NCBI RefSeq assembly: GCF_018977255.1
Contig: NW_024704743.1
Coordinates: 67,396,001-67,460,000, forward strand
Direction: 5' to 3'
DNA from: Callorhinchus milii
Taxonomy: Eukaryota
DNA: 64,000 nucleotides
The first letter of the stretch is position 1; each line of letters begins with the position of its first letter. The notes under the pieces are model-generated. The model was not told where the DNA came from. It ran no database searches and saw only the letters and a list, made by a program, of their open reading frames with translations. The position numbers and the translations under genes are program-made. Shown here one piece after another: positions 51,966-64,000 of the stretch.

Positions 51966-53106
51966 GATGCAACGGTAACAGGAAAGATACATGTTGAAAT
52001 CCAACATTGCAGAAATGAACAATGCTTTGTTAATCTCGACTTCAGTCTTGCAGAATACATTACGGATTGAGAAGGTAAAGCTTGAGCAATATTTAAAGAC
52101 ATGCCAAGGCAGCAGGACAAATGGGCACAGGTTCACATTTGAAAAGGGTAATATTAGGACAGACACCAGGAAGCATTTCATTTATTAGTTTGTTGTACTC
52201 TAGCTCTTTATCTTTCCAAACCCATTTTCCACCCTTTCTCTACATTCTTCAGAATATTTTCTTCCTTTGCAAGCAGCAACTCTTCAGATTCAGAATTCTT
52301 TAACATTTGAGAACTAGTTCTATGTTGCTATTAAGAAAGAATATGAAGTTTGCCTACAAAATACACAGTCACTACACTTTATGGTATATCTGTGAAGCGT
52401 TTTGAATGTCCTATTGATGTTAAAGGCACTATATAATGCAAGGATTATTATTATTTGATAGGAGGGTTGTATGGGTGGGGGTGGGGTGGTCATAGAACAT
52501 GGGTACAGAAAGGTCAGGGGTGGAGTGGCTCGATTGACTGAATAACCTTCTCCTGTTCCTAATTTCCTCTGCAGCTCATTGATCTCTTTAAATCTTGGCA
52601 GCTCAGCTCCTGCACTGAAAACCCCACTGGATCCCAAATCCTGTCATCACCAGCCATCATCACATGCTACATGTTAAACTGGGGGATAATTATCCAATTA
52701 GTGCCATCATCACAATGCGATCATCTGTGAAGAGTTCCCTCAGACAACAAAAAATTCATTCTCAAGCAGTAACTGACTTGGTGTCAATTTCCTTAACGTA
52801 CCCATTGGAGATTGTGCCAACAAGACCTACCCTGGTGACTTGTCCAATTATGGAGCAGCTTGTGTTGTCTCCCAGCATCTGCCCTTCCTGATTCCCCTCA
52901 CTTGCTCAGCTAAAGTGCAGGATCAAAGACCAGGCCACTAGCTGAAACTAGCTAAAATCTGAATCTATAAACCTCATGTGAGGAGACACAGGTTAGGTAG
53001 TACTCAAGGAGATTGATTTGACTCATTTTCCTATCTTCAGTGAAAGTGGCAGTGAATACTGCAATAACATGAATGCCCAAATCAAATAATGTTGTAAACA
53101 TAATAA

Positions 53107-54560
53107 ACAACAACAACAAGATTAAATTTGTACAGCGCCTTTCACGTCGGGAGGACGTCCCAAGGCGCTGGACAGAGTACAGCATTTCAGACCCGAGCTG
53201 GGGTTGGGGGGGGGAAGGGAGGGGAGGGGAAGGGGGGATGGCCAATGGCATGGTCGAAGAGGAGGGTCTTGAGGTGGGACTTGAAAGAGGCTAAGGAGGG
53301 GGTGAGGCAGAGTGACTGGGGGATGGAATTCCAGAGGTTGGGAGCAGAGTGCCTGAAGGCTCTCCAGCTAATGGTTGGGGGACGTGGAGCAGGCCAGAGC
53401 CGGCCGAGCGGAGGGAATGGACGGGTTGGTAGGGGTTAGGAGGTTGCAGAGGTAGGGTGGGGCAAGGCCATGGAGGGCTTTGTAGGTGAGGACAGGATCT
53501 TGGACTGGATCCTCTGAAGGATAGGGAGTCAATGGAGTCGGGCGAGAGTGGGGGATAGTCGAGCCTGGAGGTGATGAAGGCATGAACAAGAGTTTCAGTG
53601 GCCTGAGGAGTGAGGTAGTGGTGGAGTCGGGCGATGTTACAGAGGTGAGGGAAGGCAGAGCGGGTCATGGCTTGAATGTGGGGGAGAAAAGACAGTTGAA
53701 CAAGACACCTTGGTTCCTGACCGGCTTGGTGAGTTGAAGTGTGCAACCATGGAGGTTGAAGGTTGATGTTGCCAGAACCTGAGGTGCAGAGGCGCTGGCG
53801 CGAGCCAATCAGGAGGGCCTCAGTCTTGTTCACATTCAACTGTAGGAAATTTGCCCTCATCCAGGACTTGATGTCTGACAGGCAGTCTGTCAGGACAGCA
53901 GTGGTCCTGGAGTTGAGGATGGAGATAGAAAGATAGAGTTGGGTGTCATCCGCATACATATGGAAGTTGACCCCATGTCTGCGGATGATGTCACCAAGGG
54001 GGAGCATATAGATATTAAAGAGGATAGGGCCAAGGACAGAGCCCTGGGGGGCGCCAGACGTGACAGTGCGGGGTCCGCGAAGATTGAGTAAAGTGGAGAG
54101 GCGGTGTATGAGGATGGAGTGGTCGACAGTATCGAAAGCGGCAGAGAGGTCGAGGAGGACAAGGAGGCAGAGGGAGCCCTGATCACAGATGTTCAGAATG
54201 TTATTAGTGACTTTGACCAGGGCTGTTTCTGTGCTGTGGGAAGCGCTGAAGCCGGATTGGAGGGGTTCAAAGAGGGAACGGCGAGAGAGAAAGGAACAGA
54301 GCTGGGACGCAATGACTCATTCCAGAACCTTGGAGAGCAATGGGAGGTTAGAGATGGGGCAGTAGCTGGAGAGGAGGGATGAATCCAGGAAAGGTTTTTT
54401 CGGGATGGGGGTGATGACGTCTGTTTTTAGGGGGGTGGGAACTGAACAGGTGGACAGGGAGAGGTTGATGACATTGGACAGGAGGGGGGGCCAGAAGGTG
54501 GAGCTGGGAGACGAGGAGAGAGGTGGGGATGGGATCGAGGCAGCAGGTGGTGGGTTTGGA
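53107..54560 (-). mobile_element. L2-clade LINE, 5'-truncated (RT domain to tail)
   Basis: VNFHMYADDTQLYLS and IKSWMRANFLQLNVNKTEALLIG; upstream ETALVKVTN and AAFDTVDH. Frameshifts and internal deletions; (TTG)n tail. Confidence 0.93.
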
Positions 54561-54784
54561 TAATAAAATCCATCAGTGGAAAATATCTATTTCTGAATCA
54601 CCTGTGGCAAACGGGCAATTCTCAACTTTGCAGGAAATATATTTGTTTCCCATGACTAAACTATTAAATAACAACAACAACTTGTATTCATAAAGCACTC
54701 TTCAAGTGGGGTTGCAAGTTAGAGCACTGAACAATGGGTTTGACACTGAGTCTGGGAGAAAGGTGAGGTGACAGTAGTTATAGT

Positions 54785-55157
54785 GAGTCCGGTCGCTTAA
54801 TGACTAGAGCACTCGCCTCGCAATCAAGGGGACGTGGGTTCAATTCCCGGGCAGGGTGAAACGATGGGCAAGTTTCCTTATTCCAGCACGCCTCTGATTA
54901 CCTAGCAGTAAATAGGAAGCCAGTTGTTAGAGGTTTAGCAGATCTCTTTTCCGGGGGTATAATCCCTTCAAAAAAAATAATAAATTGGTCGCTCAATCCA
55001 CAACTGTTTGTGGGACACTGCTGTGCGCAATTGGCTGCTACATTTCGCCCACAAAATATACAGTCAATTCACTTTACAGCATATGCTGTGAAGCGCTTTG
55101 AGACGTCTCGAAGACGTGATAAGGCGCTATATCAAATGCAAGGATTATTATTATTAT
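54785..55157 (+). mobile_element. tRNA-derived SINE, long form, full length
   Basis: Head with B box GTTCAATTCCC, internal extra segment, tail. Confidence 0.88.
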
Positions 55158-56339
55158 GGTGGAAGAGGAAATAAACCTACTATTGAGTGACAAGTGATAA
55201 GAGGATTTATTATTTATCAGAGAATGAAAAAATATTCCTTCTATCACTGTTTTCTTATATTTACTGTACAAATACATGAAACAAAATAAAAATGGTGAAC
55301 AAAGAATGCAGTGGGTCACAATTCTGTCCTTTCACCTTGGGGCCCAGATTAAATATAGCCTGGTTCGATGGGATTCTTCTCTGAATCTGTCAGTAAGGCT
55401 CCTGCATGAAACGATCTTGCACAATCTCAATTCAACTTCCCACTTGCAGACCCACAAAACATTGCTGTCCAGAGGGTGGCAGTAACTCCTTATTCACTCT
55501 TTGATCATCCAAAACATTGGAGGCTCAAACTACCTCATGGCTGTAGTCTTAAGATTGCCTTAAATTTTAAGATCATGCAGAAATTACTCCATTTCATTTT
55601 TAATTTGAAGTTGGTTTCACAGAGTGCTTAACTTGTCACTTACTAATTTTACTACTAAATGCTTGGCTTTTGGATCACCAGGTTACTGCTAATGTCACTA
55701 CCTGTGTGCATGAGTATTATGCACAGCAAACTTGGTTGACTTCAATTCATGTGGACTTCCTTCACAAAGTGACATTAGCGCTGCTTCTTGAGCAGCAAGC
55801 AGGAAATGGTATCAACAAAGCTTCCTTGCATAATGCGTAAGCACACAGAAAGTAACATCAGCAGTGATCTGATGATCTGGAAGCCAACTATTTTGTTGTT
55901 AAAGAGGGTAATCAATGACTGGAACAGGTTGCCAGGAAAGGTGGTAGAGGTCAGGGCACTAAGAACATTTAAAAAGCAGCTTATTTGAGCTTGATACAGT
56001 GGAAAGCCATCACCCATCAGTTGGATAAGAGTGTCCAAACTAAACTGAGAATTCCATGCATCCCACCTACACATGGGAATTCCAGAGATAGATTGTTGGA
56101 ATGCAACGTGAACTCTCTCTCGGGAGGGACACATCCTGCTTACCTAATTCTGAAAGATATTAAGTGCAGTCTGACAGAACCCAAGGCTTGGGAACCCCAA
56201 GAGTTGGGGTACTGCTGGAGTCTAACCAGCTAAAACCACACAGCTTGCCATCCAACAAGTTTCCCCGATGTCTGTCCAGCTCGGACCACCCTACCCATTA
56301 GGGCTTTCACTTGCAGGATTAACAGCAGCTGTGTCGGAG

Positions 56340-56580
56340 GACTCCCTGCCTCAAGTGACTGGTCTGCCCTTCCAAGTCCTGCCAATGAGTCAGGCTGGCG
56401 TTTTCTCTTCAACCGTGCCTTCAGCTCCCCTCTCGACTCTCTACCCCCTCCTCTCTACCTGCCTTCCCTCCCCTCACCCTGACCATTTCCTCCCTGCTCG
56501 GATCCTGACCCAACTGTCCAGTTGGGCCGTCCCCCCCAACGTGAAAGGCGCTCTATAAATGCAATCTTGTTGTTGTTGTG
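56340..56580 (+). mobile_element. L2 3' end
   Basis: Tail GTGAAAGGCGCTCTATAAATGCAATC(TTG)n. Confidence 0.75.
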
Positions 56581-58204
56581 CTGTCATTCATCAGTACCCT
56601 GGAATATTGCAGACCCATCTGGCTCAAGAACCAGCCGACTGAGACTGCCACAGAGTGTCGGCTCGATTCCGATACTCCATTGTCAAACATGTTACCTTGG
56701 AGTCAGTTCAGCTCCATGGAGACCCTGCTTACCTCCCGCTCAAGAAGGATAGTCACTAGTTTTTTGTTTGACATCCGATAAGCTTCGAGTCCTCACTAGG
56801 TGGATGGTAGGTACCAGGATTTCCCTGCGAGCTTCCTGGTGGGCAACACAGTTCAGTGTGAGAGCATTGCCACCATCGTCCTTTAGCTAAAGATCTGGAA
56901 GCATCATGCTCCGACTTGCGAATGGTAAGTTTTTGTAAGTAAAAATATCCTCTTCAGCATGTCTCTTTCTTGAAAACAGCATGAGGCAATGCGTACCCTA
57001 AGATGTTAAAACATGCTGGAAGGGTTTTATTTGAGCAATAATATGATAGAAAGTACATTAATGATAAACATTCCTGGGATAATTTATTTTACAAAAGTGC
57101 TTCAAGGCACTAAGAATTCATTCATCGCAGTGCCCAAGTCTGTAACATACAATGATAAATGGTAGCTTTTACAATCAACAAAGGACAGTGTAGCAAAAGG
57201 AATCTAACACAATTTATAATAATAGTCCTTGCATTTCATATAGCGCCTTATCACATCATCAAGACACCTCAAAGTTCTTTACGTAGTGGCAGAGGAATGT
57301 CCGCCTGATGGCCTTCAGGTGTATGTATGGTGCCTTTACCTCCTGCTCCGCCACTCTTCCTATTGCTCTCTGCGCTTCCTTTCGCGAGGTTGTACAAGGC
57401 ATGAGGCAGCACAGAGAGCGACAGGAAGAGAGCGGAAGAAGGAGGTATGAGGCAATGAGGAGAGCAATGTGAAGAGAGTGATGGGAGGCTGGCGCCAGTA
57501 ATGACCAGTTGTCTCCCCCATCAGAAGCTGAAAAATCTGCCCCCCTGACTTTACTGACTTCCAGCCCTCCTGATACCAACCCCCAGCTTGGGTCCAAATG
57601 CTTGACTGTCCAGCAGCTTGGGACGTCCTCCTGATGCTATACACATTTAATGTGTTGTTAATTTTGATAGTGGCAGTCAAAGCTTAAAATTCAAATCACT
57701 GCTATGGAAAATAATGCAGTGAGTCAATAAACTATTTATTTTTTACTCGTTTTGCTCTTTATTCAACAGGGCAGAAGAAACCAAATCATTTGTTGTTCAG
57801 ATAGCAAACAATGTTTAGACGTTTTGTGCAGAGAATTCAATTGACAATCATTCAAGTTCCACTTTCAAATCACTGCACTTCAAAATAAAGCATTCTGTTA
57901 GATCAACTGCTGCAGTGAAACTGCTTTTACCTTGCACTTCCAGAGGCCAGGAAATCCAATACGACAGAAACTTCACACATTTTATTCTGTCTGCAACAAA
58001 TGAGGATCCGTGCACAGCTCCAGAAACTCTGGCCATTTTGTAGTATTTTACTATTCAAAAAATCCAGCTCATTTAGAACTCTGCTGCCCGCATACTTACA
58101 CGGACCAAACTCCATAGCCCCGTCTTACCAGGCTCCTCTGGCTCCCCATCACCGAACAGTTCAATTTCAAGATCCTCACACTCATGTTCAAATGCATTCA
58201 CTCC

Positions 58205-58462
58205 CAATAATAATAATTTGATCACTCAATCCACGACTGTTTGTGGGACACTGCTGTGCACAATTGGCTGCCGCGGTTCACCCACAAAATACACAGTCAA
58301 TACACTTTAAAATATATTCTGTAAAGCGCTTTGAGTGTCTTGAAGACATGATAAGGCACTATATCAAATGCAAGGATTATTATTGTTATTATAATTGGGC
58401 ATCACCCGACATATAAATTGGCTACAGTGATACCTGAAACTTCAGCACTCAAACTGTCACTA
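58205..58462 (+). mobile_element. SINE 3' half plus ~70-bp extension shared with 24469-24540
   Basis: SINE body and tail run to ~58390, then ATAATTGGGCATCACCCGACATATAAATTGGCTACAGTGATACCTGAAACTTCAGCACTCAAACTGTCACTA. Confidence 0.85.
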
Positions 58463-58597
58463 TAGCCCTGCACTCATTTTGCATTGGGCTCCAATATAGA
58501 TAAAATAATATGTAGATGATTGGCATATAGATAACATGTGCTATACTATACTTGCACCCAGAAACAAACTCAGAATATAAAAAGTGCATTATTCTGT

Positions 58598-59529
58598 AGA
58601 ATCATAGAATTATACAGCACAGAAGGAGGCCATTCAGCCCATCGTGTCTGTGCCAGCTCTTTCAAAAGAGCTACCCGAATCAATCCCATGCCCCCACACT
58701 CTCCCCATAGCCCTGCAAACTTGACCTCCCCAAATAATTATCTACTTCTCTCTTAAAAGTTGTTATTGAATTGGCTTCCACCACCCTTTCAGGCAATGCA
58801 TTCCAGATCACTCGCTGTATGAAAAAATGTCTCCTCACCTCCCCTCTGTTTCTTTTACAACTATTTTAAATCAGTGTCCTCGGGTTACCGACCCACCCGC
58901 CAGTGGAAATAGTTTTTCCTTGTTCACCCTATCGAATCCCCTCATAATTTTGAAAACTTCTATTAAGTCTACTTTTAATCTTCTCTGCTGCAAGGAGAAT
59001 AATTCTAGCTTCTCCAGCCTCTCCTGAGAACTGAAGTCCCTCATTCCTGGTACCATCCTGGTAAATCTCCTTTGCACCCTGTCCAATGCCTTGACATCTT
59101 TCCTAATAACTGAACACAGTCTCTAGCTAAGGCCTAACCAGTGTTTTATAAAGGTTCATCATTCCTGACTTTTGTATTATATGCCCTATTTATAAAGCCT
59201 AGTATCCTGTGTGCTTTTTTAACAGCTTTATTCCTGAACTGCCACTTCAAAGATTTACTTATATGAACCCCAAGGTCTCTCTGTTCCTTTACCCCCTTTA
59301 AGATTGGATCATCAGCTTATATTGCCTCTTCTCAATCTTCCTCCCAAAATACATCACTTCGCATTTCCCCACATTAAACTTCATCTGCTACGTGTCTGCC
59401 CATTTTTCCAGTCTGTCTATGTCCCCTTGCAGTCTGCTACTATCCTCCTCACTGTTGACTACTTTTCCTAGCTTAGTATTATCTGCAAACCTGGAAACTG
59501 TACTCCGTATACCCCAGTCCAGGTCATTT
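58598..59529 (-). mobile_element. CR1 LINE, 5'-truncated (resumes at ~59737-59795 after a SINE)
   Basis: SRFADNTKLGKVVNSEEDSSRLQGDIDRLEKWAD and DRVQRRFTRMVPGM...LFSLQQRRLKVDLIEVFKIMRGFD. Confidence 0.93.
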
Positions 59530-59734
59530 GGAGTCCTGAAGCTCAGTGGTTGGAGCACTCGCCTTGCAAGCGAGACACCTGGGATCAATTCCTGGCAGGG
59601 CGAAACTTTGGGCAAGTTTCCTTACTCCACACACCTAATAATAATCCCTCCAAAAAAAAAACAACAACAAAAAAAAAATTGGTCATTTTCAATCCACGAC
59701 TGTTTGTGGGACATGCTGTGCGCAATTGGCTGCC
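59530..59734 (+). mobile_element. tRNA-derived SINE lacking its 3' tail, nested in CR1
   Basis: Head and body present. It stops at TTGGCTGCC, where CR1 sequence resumes. Confidence 0.88.
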
Positions 59735-60519
59735 AGGTTTGTTAGACACAATTTGCCTTTAACAAAGCCATGTTGGCTGTCCTTTATTAACCCATGGAAC
59801 CATTCTGAACCTTTAACTAGTGGAGGATAAAAGCAGGATCCATAACTCGACCTGGCAATGTACCGTGCAAACTATAAGGTTTCAGATTTCCATCAGTCTA
59901 ATTTGAATGAGATAAAAACATTTTTGATCTTTATGTATAGATAGTCTAGGCTGACACGCCAATGCAGTGCAGTGATTGTACTGCACTGATGGAGGTGTGG
60001 ATAACAAATGTAATTAGATCTAAAAGATGGAGATTTAAACAGGAATTCTGAGTGAAGAGATCTGAGTGAGGACTTTTTCTGGCAACCTGATGTGAGTCAA
60101 GTACATCATGCTCCCCTGGGGGAACTGCGATCTGAAAGAACATCGAGTCGGAGGGACTTCCTGTCAGTCCATAATTGCAATCTTGACATGTACTGTTTTC
60201 AGTAGGAGAAGTTGAATGAATACTTTTGTAAGAATAGATTTTTATTTCCCCCCAAGTTCAAGCTTCTCAAGTACTTCACATTAATTACAGTTACATGTTT
60301 TTGAAGGCAAAACCTGCAGCCATTTTATGCAAAGCAAGATCCCACAAACAGTCCTGAGGTAAATTAATCAATTTATCTGGAAGATTTATGACAAGGACAG
60401 TAAAATAAATGTCATTCTCTTATCTGATAGTGTCATGGGATTTTTAACATTCACTTGAAGAACAGATAAACATAAACTTGGCACTTCCAACAATGCAGCT
60501 TAATTATATTACTTTCTGG

Positions 60520-60740
60520 GGCCACTACACCGCAAAACTCTGGAAAACTCTCCCTCAATCCCTCCGCCTTGCCCCACCTCTCCCCTCTTTCAAGTCCCGC
60601 CTGAAAACTTTCCTTTTCGACCGTGCTTACGGCCACCTCCCTTTCTCCATGGCTCGGAGTCAGGCTCTGCCACTGTTAAGCGCTCTGAGACACTACCCTG
60701 AGTGGAGGGAACTATATAAGTGCAATTTGTTGTTGTTGTG
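60520..60740 (+). mobile_element. L2 3' end (same subfamily as 10680-11343)
   Basis: KLWKTLPQSLRLAP.LPSFKSRLKTFLFDRAY and tail. Confidence 0.85.
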
Positions 60741-61398
60741 TACTCCATAATAATAATCCTTCCCATATAACACTTATCATGTCTTCAAAATATCTCAAAC
60801 ACTTCATATGATTTTATTGTAAACTGCTATGATTGTGTATTTGCTAGCAAACATCTTACTTTTCCATGTTACTTGAGGACAATATTTTCAAGTAGAATTA
60901 AAAACTGCCCAATGCTTTGGATGTAAGTAATTTTCTCTCTGTGCATTTTTGATGTGCTAAACTTCACTTTTATTCCAACACCGTGAAAAGAGATGGAAAA
61001 TGATCAAACCAAAAGTCTGAAACCAAAGTCACCGTTGATAATTATCGCAAGGCTGACAAATGTGGTCAATAAGACCAGTGGATTTCTTAAGTCAGTAGAT
61101 AGCTAATATTGTTGTTAAGGACAAGTTTTAAGGACACCCTTTTAACAACGATTTATACATAATGCTTATAGAATTCATTTAGAAATACCACAATTTTAAT
61201 GCTCAAAGTGTTACACTGCTTTCTTCCTCTCCAATTTGTCTTTAGAGCCTCTAAGACCACATAAGAGTGTTGTAAACATCACCAGAAATGAGTCATAATG
61301 CTCAAATGTAATAACGCTCATTCGATCACACTAATGGAGGAAGCTTTGCTTTATTCCAAGTGGAATTATTTCCCTGAGTAATAGTTGCTGCCTATAGT

Positions 61399-61699
61399 GG
61401 AGTCCTGTAGCTCAGTGGTTAGAGCACTCGCTTTGCAAGCGAATGACCAAAGTTTAATTCCAGGCAGGGCGAAACCTTGGGCAAGTTTCCTTACTCCACA
61501 CGCCTAATAATAATCCCTCCATAACCAAAAACAATAATAAATTGGTCATTTTCAATCTATGACTGTTTGTGGGACATTGCTGTGCGCAATTGGCTGCCGC
61601 GTTCGCCCACAAAAGTACAGTCAATTCACTTTACAGTGTGTTCTGTGAAGCGCTTTGGGACGTCCTCCCGATGTGAAAAGCGCTATATCAAATGCAAGG

Positions 61700-61746
<47 letters not shown>
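61399..61746 (+). mobile_element. tRNA-Ala-derived SINE, short form, with an expanded (ATT)~16 tail
   Basis: Full head and body; tail microsatellite at ~61700-61746. Confidence 0.93.
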
Positions 61747-61750
<4 letters not shown>

Positions 61751-62434
61751 CTGCAGAGAGTGGCATAGTCCAGGTAGCTGGAGGGGTTGGCATGTTGGTG
61801 ACAAAGATGTACTGAACTTATAGAAGGTTTAAACCCAACTACCCTGAATGTTTGGTGGCCAAGACCCGCCTTCCCATTTCTATTTTGTCCTTTCAATTGT
61901 CCATCTTTACTGTGGCAGAGAAGATGGATGGATGGGATGGCAGAATACCTGGGGAATGTCATCCTCCACTTTGCCTTCCCTTCCTGTCAGGAAGCACGAG
62001 GCCCCATTTCAGTACCTCTCCCCAGTGCTATCACTTTGGGTCATTTGATGGGCTGTTTAGTTTCAGGCATGAAGCAGCCTCTAGCTGAAAGCACAGTTGA
62101 AGTCATTCCAATACCATTACTAATGACATTACAATATCTCATCCTCAATTCACAAGGGGTGGAAGTGCATTTTTATCGTCTGGACAATGCTATGCCAATC
62201 ATTGCCTCCTCTGTTCAATTAAATCTCTATTTCACCTACATGCAAATTTCCAAGCAGCGTTTTGGCTTCCAGTTATACATGTGGAGTAAAATGTAAACCA
62301 CCTCCAGCATTAACAGCAGAGTCATCTATCCTCTAAAACCAAAATCACAAGTTCCTTCTGCTTTTTGACAGATTTAATCTATAAATTCATTTAAAACCAA
62401 CAAGATTTGCTTGATTTAATCGATTCATAGAAGA

Positions 62435-62830
62435 ACTTACATTTTTATAGTGCCTTTTCATCTCAAAATGTTTCAGATCTTCACAATTTATTACTGTCAA
62501 ATGTAGTGACAGTTTGTGAGGCCAGTGAGGCAATCATTTATTGCAGTTAGGTCCCCAGAAACAGTCATGAAGTGAATGATCATCTATCTGTAGGATTGTT
62601 TGCCAGGACACTTGAAAAAATTCCCTTCTCTTTTTGAATAGTGTCCAGGGATCGTTAATGTTAAACAGGCAGACAGAACCTCAATTTCACATATCATCCG
62701 AAGGACAGCAAATCCAACAATGCAACAGAATCCCAGCATTGCGCTTGAATATTAGCCCAGACTGTAAACTAAAACTCCAATGTGGGTCACGACCCTGGCC
62801 CAGAAATGAGAACCCTTACCATCTAAGCTA
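62435..62830 (-). mobile_element. Old DeuSINE
   Basis: Degenerate match to the other DeuSINE copies. Confidence 0.6.
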
Positions 62831-63119
62831 GACCGACCTTCAAAATTAATAGTTATACAGAAATACAAACTGATTCTCTGTGTAGATTGACATTCTCTTC
62901 ATAAAATATATCACCTGTAACTGCACCTTTCTTACTAAAGGATCTTAGCACAGGCATACTTTCCAGCACATTTAGCACTGTTCGCATCAAACGAATACAG
63001 TACTACAAACAGATCAGAAGTCTTTTACATGATAGAAGATTGGCCTTATTCTAGTCACCTTATTGAAACTCAATAGAAAGCAGAGGTCTGAATCTCTCAT
63101 GGCCATAGTCTTCGTGGAA

Positions 63120-63455
63120 TCATATATATTTATAGGACTAATGGAGGCCATTTGGCCAATTGAATGTGCACTGGTTCTCAGAGCAAGGTGTTCATTCAAT
63201 CCCACTGCTCTGCCTTATCCCAATGCCCCCACTAGCCTCTATTTATATACCTTCTTAAAACCCACAATGGACTCTGCATCAACAAGGCTACTTGGCAGAG
63301 CATTCCACATCCCAACAACTTTCTGACTAAACAAATAATCAAAGCTCTCCTTTTGCCTTTCTTGTGACTATCTTACAACTCTAGCCCCTAGTCACGACAT
63401 TCCAAATAGTGGAAATAGCATCTATTTACCCTGTCAAAACGCCTCATAATTTTGA
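63120..63455 (-). mobile_element. Old CR1 3' end
   Basis: Plus-strand GGAGGCCATTTGGCC...GGCAGAGCATTCCACATCCCAAC...CCTCATAATTTTG matches the CR1 ends at 31765 and 58598. Confidence 0.7.
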
Positions 63456-64000
63456 TAGTCTTGTCAACAAATTATAAATCCTGTAGAATTGTGGAAAATG
63501 TGTGGAGTCAGTCTTAATCTGGAAGTGTTTTTCTTCAGTTCTTATTAGAATATTGGTTTCTAAATTGACACTGATTTAAAGAACTTTCTAAAATTCTGCA
63601 CAATCTTAAACATTAAGCCAATGGTTTTAAGACCAAGGCAATGATAACAACAATAACAACAACAACTTGCATTTATATCACGCCCTTCACATGGAGTAAT
63701 GTCCCAGAGGGTTGAGCAATAAATGTTGATCCTCTGTTTCTCCCTTTACAAAGAGCTACCTTGTAAAGGGAACTCATTGATCTCCATGTTAACTCAAAAC
63801 ATTTTTTCAATTTTCATTTTTAATCAACTAATGAAATTTTTTTACATGAAATGTGCTTTATAAATGCAGTTATTATTTATTATAATTGGAAGGGGAATGA
63901 GTTAGTAAAATTCAGTTCTGGTTGCACTTTCTTCGTTTGATATGTTGCACCCAAGCTGTGCCATCAAAATGAGCTATTTATGTCCAAGTTACAATCTTAA

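Overview
Repeat-rich, CpG-depleted vertebrate non-coding DNA, either intergenic or a large intron. The repeat set (DeuSINE/SacSINE1-like SINEs, a young tRNA-Ala-headed SINE with an L2-type tail, L2 and CR1 LINE fragments, shark-type Penelope elements) suggests a cartilaginous fish; this is an inference. I recognise no intact host gene. Nearly all recognisable ORFs in the track are read-throughs of SINE, L2, CR1 or Penelope sequence. The only host-gene-derived sequence I recognise is a ~130-bp intronless LSM12 retrocopy fragment (13396-13527). Main points: (1) four Penelope-family insertions, each bounded by an 11-14-bp target-site duplication (TSD); three carry a minimal hammerhead-ribozyme motif. 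(2) In the fourth (41812-42145) the ribozyme core is replaced by a ~150-bp inverted copy of genomic DNA lying 300-460 bp downstream. (3) Two SINE tails 34 kb apart share a ~70-bp 3' extension. (4) A hAT-type MITE with an 8-bp TSD. (5) A minisatellite grown out of a CR1 fragment. All assignments are by eye with no database search, and edges of old repeats are approximate.
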